The notes under the pieces were generated by a model. That model saw nothing but the letters and a program-made list of their open reading frames with translations, was not told where the DNA came from and searched no databases. Both the position numbers and the translations under genes were made by a program. A stretch of 57,226 nucleotides of DNA, taken from the sequence record DRR378314_1853; one strand, given 5' to 3'. This document shows, piece after piece, positions 49,992 through 57,226 of the stretch (position 1 is the first letter of the stretch; every line of letters begins with the position of its first letter).

Positions 49992-50414
49992 ATGAACGAA
50001 TACAAGGAGAAAATTCTAAAAATTTGCAATGAGCATAACAAAGCTACCCTAATGGAAACCTTGAATATAGAATATATTGACGTTGGAGAGAATTATTTGG
50101 TGGCAAAAATGCCAGTTACTTCGCAGGTACATCAACCCGATGGGGTATTACATGGTGGTGCCACTGTGGCATTGGCCGAAAGTGTAGGAAGTATGGCTTC
50201 CCACATTTTTTTGGATACCAAAGAATTTTTTGTTCGTGGTTTGGAAATATCGGCCAATCATGTCAAAAGCATCAGGGAGGGAGATGTTTACGCTAGGGCA
50301 GAGGTGGTACATAAAGGACGTACCACACAAATTTGGGATATTAAAGTAACGGATAAAGACGGAAACCTAATTTCAATTTGCAAACTTACCACCATTGCCT
50401 TATCCAAAAAATAG
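49992..50414 (+). CDS. menI: PaaI/hotdog thioesterase, probable DHNA-CoA hydrolase
   Basis: HQPDGVLHGGATVALAE, GLEISANH, GRTTQIW; heads the men cluster. Confidence 0.75.
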   Translation: MNEYKEKILKICNEHNKATLMETLNIEYIDVGENYLVAKMPVTSQVHQPDGVLHGGATVALAESVGSMASHIFLDTKEFFVRGLEISANHVKSIREGDVYARAEVVHKGRTTQIWDIKVTDKDGNLISICKLTTIALSKK

Positions 50415-50415
50415 T

Positions 50416-51525
50416 ATGTCCCTAGGTTTTTTAGATCAAATTGAAGAGCACTTTCGTCAAGGATTGCCATTTGTTGCCTATAGAAAACCCAATAAGGCTG
50501 AAGTAAAGGTAATTTTTCAAAATGACCGGGAATTACATTATATAAACAACTTTACCGAGAGTGGCTTTGTATTCGCACCCTTTAATGGGGAAGGACCTGC
50601 AGTCTTAATTAAAGAGGACGAAGCTTTAGAGGAAACCTTTGAATCGGAACCGGTAAACGCCAAAAATCCAATTTCCCCTTCATTAGATCAGGACTCCGAT
50701 AAAGATTTTTACCTCAAATTAATAGAACAGGCAATCAAAAGCATTGATTCGGGAAATTTAAAAAAGGTGGTACTATCCAGAAGTATAGAAGTAGGGACCT
50801 CAAAGACCCCTTTTGTTATGTTCAGCGATTTGCTCCTCCAATATCCAAAAGCTTTTTGTTATATCTGGTTCCATCCTAAAATTGGGCTGTGGTTGGGAGC
50901 CACTCCCGAAATATTTTTGGAAACTGAAAACAATAAATTTAGGACTATGTCCTTAGCTGGCACCCAATTGCATAAGGTTGGAGAAGCACCAATTTGGAAA
51001 GAAAAAGAAATTGAAGAGCAGGAGATGGTGACCCAATTTATTTATAGCTCACTGAAAGACAAGGTTTCTTCCCTAGAGGTATCCGAGGCCATGTCTATTA
51101 GAGCGGGCAATCTTTGGCATATTAAATCGTCCGTTTCTGGAAATATGAATAATTCGCGGCTCCAAGAAATTATAGAAGTCCTACACCCAACGCCGGCCGT
51201 TTGTGGACTACCAAAAAATGCGGCTAAAGAATTTATTTTGGAAAATGAGAATTATGAACGCCAATTCTATACAGGTTTTTTGGGAGAGTTAAATTTTAAG
51301 GAAGATATCAGACGGCCATCAATAAGAAAAAATCAGGAAAATATGGCCTATAGGACCATAAAGAACAGGACCTCCTTGTATGTAAATTTAAGATGCATGC
51401 AGGTACTGGAAAACAAGGTAAAAGTCTATGTGGGCGGCGGCATAACCAGTAGGTCGGTCCCCGACAAGGAATGGCAGGAGACACTGGATAAAAGTAGGAC
51501 CATGTTAAATATAGTTTTAAAGTAA
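50416..51525 (+). CDS. menF: Isochorismate synthase
   Basis: KVVLSR, GATPE, LAGT, LHPTPAVCG, YVNLRC, YVGGGIT; adjacent to menD. Confidence 0.85.
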   Translation: MSLGFLDQIEEHFRQGLPFVAYRKPNKAEVKVIFQNDRELHYINNFTESGFVFAPFNGEGPAVLIKEDEALEETFESEPVNAKNPISPSLDQDSDKDFYLKLIEQAIKSIDSGNLKKVVLSRSIEVGTSKTPFVMFSDLLLQYPKAFCYIWFHPKIGLWLGATPEIFLETENNKFRTMSLAGTQLHKVGEAPIWKEKEIEEQEMVTQFIYSSLKDKVSSLEVSEAMSIRAGNLWHIKSSVSGNMNNSRLQEIIEVLHPTPAVCGLPKNAAKEFILENENYERQFYTGFLGELNFKEDIRRPSIRKNQENMAYRTIKNRTSLYVNLRCMQVLENKVKVYVGGGITSRSVPDKEWQETLDKSRTMLNIVLK

Positions 51526-51581
51526 ACCAAAAACCAGCTATGAATTGGTTTTAGAAATACCTGAGTTGTATTTTTGCAATA

Positions 51582-53336
51582 ATGAAATATTCCAATATTC
51601 CCACCGCACAGTCACTTGTCCATCATTGCAAAGCAAGGGGCATTAAAAATATAATTATATCTCCGGGATCAAGAAATGCACCTTTGACCATAAGTTTTTC
51701 GGAAGACCCTTTTTTTAATTGTTATAGTATCGTTGACGAGCGTTGCGCTGCATTTTTTGCTCTGGGCATATCACAGCAACTAATGCAACCTACAGTAATT
51801 TTATGTACCTCAGGCAGTGCATTGTTAAACTATTATCCCGCCATTGCGGAAGCTTTCTATAGCGATATACCACTAATTGTTATATCGGCGGATAGGCCCT
51901 CTTATAAAGTGGATATAGGGGACGGACAAACCATAAGACAGGAAAATGTGTTTGAAAAGCATATTGGTCACTCCGCAAACCTAAAACAGGATGTTTGTCA
52001 TGCCACCCATAAAATCAGGAAATATGACCCAGATCAATTAGCGGAAGAAAATATTGACCAATCCCAAATTCTGGTTCAAAAGACCAATGACAAAGCACTT
52101 AACAAGGCACTTAATATTGCCATTGCCAATAATACTCCCGTACATATAAATATTCCGTTCGAAGAGCCTTTGTACGAAACAGTGGAGGAATCCCCACTTT
52201 TGCCACAGATTGAGTTATTGAAGAAGCAAGGGGAAAATGGTCTAGACGAATGGCAGGACTATATTCATAGCTGGCAAAATGCTTCCCGAAAAATGGTGTT
52301 GGTCGGGGTAAATCCGCCTAACGCGGTTGAAAAAATGTATTTGGAAATTCTTGCCAAAGATCCAACGGTTGTGGTAATGACGGAATGTACTTCCAATTTA
52401 TTTCATCCCAACTTTTTCCCCAATATAGACAGTATAATAGCTCCTATTGAGAAATCCGCCAACAAGGAAGAATTGTTCAAAATGCTACGCCCGGAAATTG
52501 TCCTAACATTTGGGGGGCTTATTGTTTCGAAAAAAATAAAGGCTTTTTTAAGGGATTATACCCCTTTAATGCATTGGCATGTAAATCCCAAAAAAGCATA
52601 CAACACCTTTTTTAGTCTAACAAAACATTTTAAAACGACTCCCAACGAATTATTTAAAAACCTTTTGGCAAACCCTTCGTCCCAAGAAAGTAACTATTAT
52701 GACTATTGGACAAAAAGGAAGGATCATTACAAGTTAAGAAGACAACTGTACTTACTGGAAATACCATTTTCTGACATGTGGGTATTCCATAAGACTTTGG
52801 AAAGTATTCCAAGTAATTATCAACTACAACTGTCCAACAGTTCTACTGTTAGATATGCCCAATTATTCGATTTGGAGCCCTCTATCCGTGTTTTCTGCAA
52901 TAGAGGCACCAGTGGTATAGATGGCAGTACTTCAACGGCCATAGGGGCTTCGATTTATGAATCCAGTCCAACATTGCTGATTACGGGCGATTTAAGCTTT
53001 ATCTATGACAGCAATGGTCTATGGAACAATTACATTAAACCCAATTTTAGGATAATCGTTATCAATAATGGTGGCGGCGGCATTTTTAGAATTTTACCTG
53101 GCAAAGAGGAAACCGACAATTTCAATACCTTCTTTGAGACAACCCATAATCTTAATATCCAATCCATAGCTGAAATGTACAACTTTGAATTTGAGTCCGT
53201 TTCCAACAAAATCGACTTAATTGAAGCCTTGGGGAATTTCTATAAAGCATCCGAAAAACCCAAAATTCTTGAAATAAAAACGCCTAGATTATTAAATAAC
53301 AATATTTTGCTTAGTTATTTTGATTTCATATCTTAG
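51582..53336 (+). CDS. menD: SEPHCHC synthase
   Basis: SPGSRNAPL, DERCAAFFALG, CTSGSA, SADRP, NRGTSGIDG, GDLSF, NNGGGGIF. Confidence 0.95.
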   Translation: MKYSNIPTAQSLVHHCKARGIKNIIISPGSRNAPLTISFSEDPFFNCYSIVDERCAAFFALGISQQLMQPTVILCTSGSALLNYYPAIAEAFYSDIPLIVISADRPSYKVDIGDGQTIRQENVFEKHIGHSANLKQDVCHATHKIRKYDPDQLAEENIDQSQILVQKTNDKALNKALNIAIANNTPVHINIPFEEPLYETVEESPLLPQIELLKKQGENGLDEWQDYIHSWQNASRKMVLVGVNPPNAVEKMYLEILAKDPTVVVMTECTSNLFHPNFFPNIDSIIAPIEKSANKEELFKMLRPEIVLTFGGLIVSKKIKAFLRDYTPLMHWHVNPKKAYNTFFSLTKHFKTTPNELFKNLLANPSSQESNYYDYWTKRKDHYKLRRQLYLLEIPFSDMWVFHKTLESIPSNYQLQLSNSSTVRYAQLFDLEPSIRVFCNRGTSGIDGSTSTAIGASIYESSPTLLITGDLSFIYDSNGLWNNYIKPNFRIIVINNGGGGIFRILPGKEETDNFNTFFETTHNLNIQSIAEMYNFEFESVSNKIDLIEALGNFYKASEKPKILEIKTPRLLNNNILLSYFDFIS

Positions 53337-53373
53337 AAAGATATTAATCTAATCATTAAGAATATATACTATT

Positions 53374-53715
53374 ATGAGCAAAAGAGATGAATTAATCGAA
53401 AAATATGCAGCAGACATCAAGGACAAATTTGGTGAAACTCCAAATATGGATTTATTGACGAAAGTTACCATAGGATTAGGGCCTTCCATATACAACATGG
53501 ATGCGTCTAAAGTTTCAGGGTCGGATGACAAAGAATTGCAGACGGTTAAGAATAACTTCCTAATTAAAAAACTGGGATTAAAAGATAGCCCACAATTAAT
53601 GGATGCTATTAAAAGCGTAACAGACAAATACGGCAGTTCCGTAAAGAGCAAGCACAGGGCCGTAGTTTATTATATGTTGGCGAAACACTTTAAAAAGGAA
53701 TCCGTCTATAAATAA
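53374..53715 (+). CDS. DUF2853 family protein
   Basis: LLTKVTIGLGPSIY, VKNNFLIKKLGL, KHRAVVYY. Confidence 0.8.
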   Translation: MSKRDELIEKYAADIKDKFGETPNMDLLTKVTIGLGPSIYNMDASKVSGSDDKELQTVKNNFLIKKLGLKDSPQLMDAIKSVTDKYGSSVKSKHRAVVYYMLAKHFKKESVYK

Positions 53716-53737
53716 TAGTACCCACAATATATACATG

Positions 53738-53767
53738 AGCCGCCTTTAAAAAGAGCGGCTTTTTTTT
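53738..53767 (+). terminator. Intrinsic terminator
   Basis: AGCCGC...GCGGCT stem followed by a T run. Confidence 0.75.
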
Positions 53768-53799
53768 ATTGAGATTCTTTTTAAACGTATTTTTGCCAA

Positions 53800-54630
53800 A
53801 TGATAGCACTTGGAAAATATAATAACTTAGAAATACTTAGGGACACAACAGTTGGTCTCTTTTTGGGAGATGACGAAGGTAATGATGTACTATTGCCCAA
53901 TAAGTATGTACCCGAGGAATTTGAGATCGGAGACCACTTGGATGTATTTTGCTATCTGGATCATGAAGAGCGAATTGTAGCTACTACATTGGTGCCTTTT
54001 GTGACTGTAGATCAGTTTCAGTTGCTCCAAGTTGCAGAAGTAAATGAATACGGTGCGTTTATGGACTGGGGACTGGAAAAGCATTTGTTGGTTCCTTTTA
54101 GGGAACAGCGCAACAAAATGCAAGAAGGTCAATGGTACGTTGTATATTGCTATTTGGATGAAAAAACAGATAGACTGGTAGCTTCCAACAAGCTGGATAA
54201 ATTTTTGTCCAATGATGAATTAACAGTGCAAGCCCTGGACGAGGTAGATCTTGTGGTTACCAGACTGACCGATTTAGGCTGGGAGGTAATTATAAACCAT
54301 AAGCACAAAGGATTGGTTTACTCCAACGAAATTTTCAAAAAAGTGGCCGTTGGGGACAAACTAAAAGGGTATATAAAAAATATAAGGCCAGATAACAAAA
54401 TAGATGTTAGCTTACAACCTATAGGATACAAAAGTTTAGAGCCTGCGGCAAACTTAATTTATGAAAAACTTGTTGCCAATGGTGGAATTCTAAATTTACA
54501 CGATAAATCGGACCCAGAGGATATTAAAAGAATTATGCAGATGAGCAAGAAGACTTTTAAAAAGGGAATAGGGGCTCTGTACAAGGAACGTAAAATAGAA
54601 ATTAAGCCAGATAGCATCAAGTTGCTATAA
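53800..54630 (+). CDS. CvfB family S1 RNA-binding protein
   Basis: VLLPNKY, GAFMDWGLEKHLLVP, DKSDPEDI...MSKKTFKKGIGALYK winged helix. Confidence 0.9.
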   Translation: MIALGKYNNLEILRDTTVGLFLGDDEGNDVLLPNKYVPEEFEIGDHLDVFCYLDHEERIVATTLVPFVTVDQFQLLQVAEVNEYGAFMDWGLEKHLLVPFREQRNKMQEGQWYVVYCYLDEKTDRLVASNKLDKFLSNDELTVQALDEVDLVVTRLTDLGWEVIINHKHKGLVYSNEIFKKVAVGDKLKGYIKNIRPDNKIDVSLQPIGYKSLEPAANLIYEKLVANGGILNLHDKSDPEDIKRIMQMSKKTFKKGIGALYKERKIEIKPDSIKLL

Positions 54631-54810
54631 TTTACCAGCTTTAAATAACGGACATTAAATTAGTGGTGTCCAATTATTTAAGGATTTTACTTTTAATTAT
54701 TTGTCGTTTTGCAACAAAAACCATTACTTTTACAACAACCAAGTTTAAAAACATAAATAGTCGATTTATTTTCACTAATTTTAGAACTCATCCCCTAAAC
54801 AATTTAGACT

Positions 54811-55422
54811 ATGCCATTCATAGAGGAAAGTGATTTATTAGAATTGCATAAAGACATAGACAAGGCTCAAATCATAAATGAGCGTCTATTGGATCAAATA
54901 AAATACAAGAACAAGGAATTAAAGCGCAGTAAGATACAGCGAAATCTATTTGGCAGTATAACCGTGCTTTTTTTAATTGGCACACTGGCCATTTTCTCGT
55001 ACAACGCAGGATTTATCAGGTCTTCCAATTATGAGAACAGAAATAACATGAGCAATAACCTCTTGGTGTCCATAGATAGTCTGGAGGTAATAAAGGCCAG
55101 AATAGATAATCTTAAGGAACAGAACGAGGAACTAAGTCTCGTGAAGGAGTTTTATTTGGCCAAAAAGTTTTTGGATAAAGAAAAGATTTATTCCGTCCAG
55201 GTTAAGTCCTTTGTAGACAACAACATAACTCTTGCTTCAGAATCTCTGAACAATACAATATTCGTAAAAACCAATCCCTTTTATTCTTACTCTCTGGGAA
55301 ATTTTGAAACCTTGGAAGAAGCCAGATCTTTTAGGTTCCAATTGGTGAAAATGGGTTTTGAGGATGCATTCGTTGCTTCGTACAAAGAAGGAAAGCGTTT
55401 AGAAATAGAAGACCCATATTAA
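54811..55422 (+). CDS. Bitopic membrane protein with coiled coils and C-terminal SPOR-like domain
   Basis: Single TM helix. YSVQVKSF...YSLGNFETLEEA...MGFEDAFVASYKEGKR matches the SPOR pattern. Confidence 0.7.
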   Translation: MPFIEESDLLELHKDIDKAQIINERLLDQIKYKNKELKRSKIQRNLFGSITVLFLIGTLAIFSYNAGFIRSSNYENRNNMSNNLLVSIDSLEVIKARIDNLKEQNEELSLVKEFYLAKKFLDKEKIYSVQVKSFVDNNITLASESLNNTIFVKTNPFYSYSLGNFETLEEARSFRFQLVKMGFEDAFVASYKEGKRLEIEDPY

Positions 55423-55423
55423 A

Positions 55424-56332
55424 TTGCCAAAAATTAAAGCTTGGATTAGTGCGGCCCGTTTGAGGACACTTCCTCTTTCGTTGTCCGGAATAATTATAGG
55501 TACAGCACTGGGAGGCATGTACGGCCAATTTCGTTGGGATATTTTTGCATTTGCACTATTAACCACAGTCGCATTCCAGATTACTTCAAATTTCGCCAAT
55601 GATTATGGCGATGGTGTTAAAGGCACCGATAATGAAAATAGGGTAGGACCTATGCGCGCTCTCCAAAGTGGCCAATTAACCAGGCAAGAACTTAAAAGTG
55701 GGATTGTAATTTCAATTGTAATATGTGTCTTTTTAACAGTTGCCCTATTATATCTCTCCTTTGGCACCAAGAACCTTCTTTTCACCCTAATTTTCGGAGC
55801 ACTTGGAATTCTGAGCATTTGGGCAGCCATTAAATACACCGTTGGAAAATCGGCCTATGGATATAAGGGCCTGGGAGATTTGTTCGTTTTTCTTTTTTTT
55901 GGCCTGCTGGCAGTATTGGGTTCTATGTTTCTTTATACCAAAACACTATATACGATGGCTATTTTTCCTGCTGTAGCTATGGGCCTATTGAGTACGGGGG
56001 TATTGAATCTTAACAACTTAAGGGACTATGAGTCCGATAAGACTTCCAATAAAAATACCCTGATAGTGAAGATGGGCATTAAAAACGGTAAAATATACCA
56101 TGTTTTCCTAATCATAATTAGTTTTATAAGCATGCTGGCCTTTACCTTCATGCATTACCAGAATTGGAAAAATGCTATTCATTTAGTAGCATTTGTACCT
56201 ATATTTATACATCTAAATAAAATGTGGAAAATTAGAAATACGGTACTGCTGGATCCCGAATTGAAAAAGTTGGCTTTGAGCACTTTCTTATTGTCGATTC
56301 TGTTTTATTTTAGTTTTAATAATTTTTCGTAA
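55424..56332 (+). CDS. menA: 1,4-dihydroxy-2-naphthoate polyprenyltransferase
   Basis: ARLRTLPLS, SNFANDYGDGVKGTD, YGYKGLGD, NNLRDYESD; TTG start. Confidence 0.93.
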   Translation: MPKIKAWISAARLRTLPLSLSGIIIGTALGGMYGQFRWDIFAFALLTTVAFQITSNFANDYGDGVKGTDNENRVGPMRALQSGQLTRQELKSGIVISIVICVFLTVALLYLSFGTKNLLFTLIFGALGILSIWAAIKYTVGKSAYGYKGLGDLFVFLFFGLLAVLGSMFLYTKTLYTMAIFPAVAMGLLSTGVLNLNNLRDYESDKTSNKNTLIVKMGIKNGKIYHVFLIIISFISMLAFTFMHYQNWKNAIHLVAFVPIFIHLNKMWKIRNTVLLDPELKKLALSTFLLSILFYFSFNNFS

Positions 56333-56365
56333 TTTTGAGATAATAACCAATCAAATAAATACACC

Positions 56366-57121
56366 TTGGAACAACCGATTAGAATTCTTATTGTAGAGGA
56401 CAACGTGATAATTGCAGATGACATGCAATCTATGTTGGAAGAGATTGGATACGAAATCGTAGACAATGTTATTGTTTACGAGCAGGCAGTTGAAGTCTTA
56501 AAGAACAAGGAAGTTGACCTTGTGTTGATCGATATTATCCTAGCCTCCGATAAAACCGGAATTGACTTGGGCAAGCACATTAGGGAAAACTACAACATCC
56601 CCTTTATCTTTGTAAGATCCAATAGCGATCGGGCCACTGTTGAAAATGCCAAGACTGTAAAGCCCAACGGCTATTTGGTCAAGCCATTTGAGCAACAGGA
56701 TTTATACACCTCCATTGAAATTGCCCTGTCCAACTTTACTTCCGTAAAGAACAATGGGGCATCTGAAAGTCAGGAAGAGGAAGATGATAGGCTAATGTCC
56801 AACAAGGTTTTGAAGGATTCCATTTTCGTTAAAAAACAACATCTGTATTATCGAATCCAATTTGGGGATATACAGTTTATAAAAGCGGATAATGTGTATC
56901 TAGAGGTTAATACAGTAGACAAAAAGTTTTTGGTTCGATCCCCTCTCAAGGATTATTTGGAGAAACTACCGCAACAGAAATTTTACAGGGCTCATAAATC
57001 CTATATTGTTAACGTGGACCATATTGATGCCATTAACTCCAAGGATATTTTAATTAACAATACACTTATTCCTATTTCAAAGGAATTCAAGGAATTTATT
57101 ATTTCAGCAATGAATTCGTAA
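56366..57121 (+). CDS. LytTR family response regulator
   Basis: Receiver VEDN/LIDI/YLVKPF; LytTR IKADNVY, FYRAHKSY; TTG start; TAATTTTG box at 56330-56337. Confidence 0.9.
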   Translation: MEQPIRILIVEDNVIIADDMQSMLEEIGYEIVDNVIVYEQAVEVLKNKEVDLVLIDIILASDKTGIDLGKHIRENYNIPFIFVRSNSDRATVENAKTVKPNGYLVKPFEQQDLYTSIEIALSNFTSVKNNGASESQEEEDDRLMSNKVLKDSIFVKKQHLYYRIQFGDIQFIKADNVYLEVNTVDKKFLVRSPLKDYLEKLPQQKFYRAHKSYIVNVDHIDAINSKDILINNTLIPISKEFKEFIISAMNS

Positions 57122-57144
57122 CAAATAATTTTATTTAAGAATAT

Positions 57145-57169
57145 AAAGGTGCTTCAAGGCACCTTTTTT
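57145..57169 (+). terminator. Intrinsic terminator
   Basis: AAAGGTGC...GCACCTTT stem with T tail, 24 nt after the stop. Confidence 0.8.
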
Positions 57170-57226
57170 ATTTACCGCAAACTGCATATTGATCGAATCA
57201 GGAACAATTGTTGTGTTTTTGCAAAG

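Noticed and set aside
609-55839. The many 60-170 aa ORFs overlapping larger genes on the opposite strand or in alternate frames (e.g. 6808-7227, 29509-30012, 36527-37015, 42879-43361)
   Set aside because: They are shadow ORFs of well-supported genes with no recognisable motifs.
1-57226. CRISPR array, rRNA/tRNA genes, intact IS/transposase, integrase or prophage genes
   Set aside because: No regularly spaced 25-45 nt repeats, no recognisable structural RNA genes, and no ORF with transposase, integrase or phage motifs were seen by eye.

Overview
AT-rich chromosomal window of a Bacteroidota bacterium, most likely a marine-type Flavobacteriaceae. This is inferred from the TAnnTTTG promoter boxes, the gene order and the CzcA-TolC fusion. 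It is mostly metabolic core. From start to end it holds: a small accessory block of exported hydrolases and hypotheticals (0.3-8.7 kb); a DUF2891-Nramp-pxpABC 5-oxoproline operon; ilvD-ilvB-ilvN-ilvC-ilvA and gapN; a FIST-domain protein plus hybrid histidine kinase; an MFS transporter; leuC-leuD-cimA-leuB; an M28 peptidase divergent from a four-gene hydroxyproline catabolic operon; a heavy-metal RND system; two LytTR regulators; and part of the menaquinone pathway (menI, menF, menD, menA). I saw no rRNA, tRNA, CRISPR array or intact mobile element. The two best signals are cis-regulatory and are missing from, or not explained by, the ORF track. (1) A His-rich exported upstream ORF ends in IFQPPKTA, and its stop-codon region is a perfect 11-nt complement of the czcA start-codon region. 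This suggests SecM/MifM-like, metal-sensing ribosome-stalling control of the efflux pump. (2) A 15-codon Ile/Val/Leu-rich leader peptide with complete 1:2, 2:3 and 3:4 attenuator hairpins lies upstream of ilvD. All family assignments come from motif recognition by eye, not from database searches.
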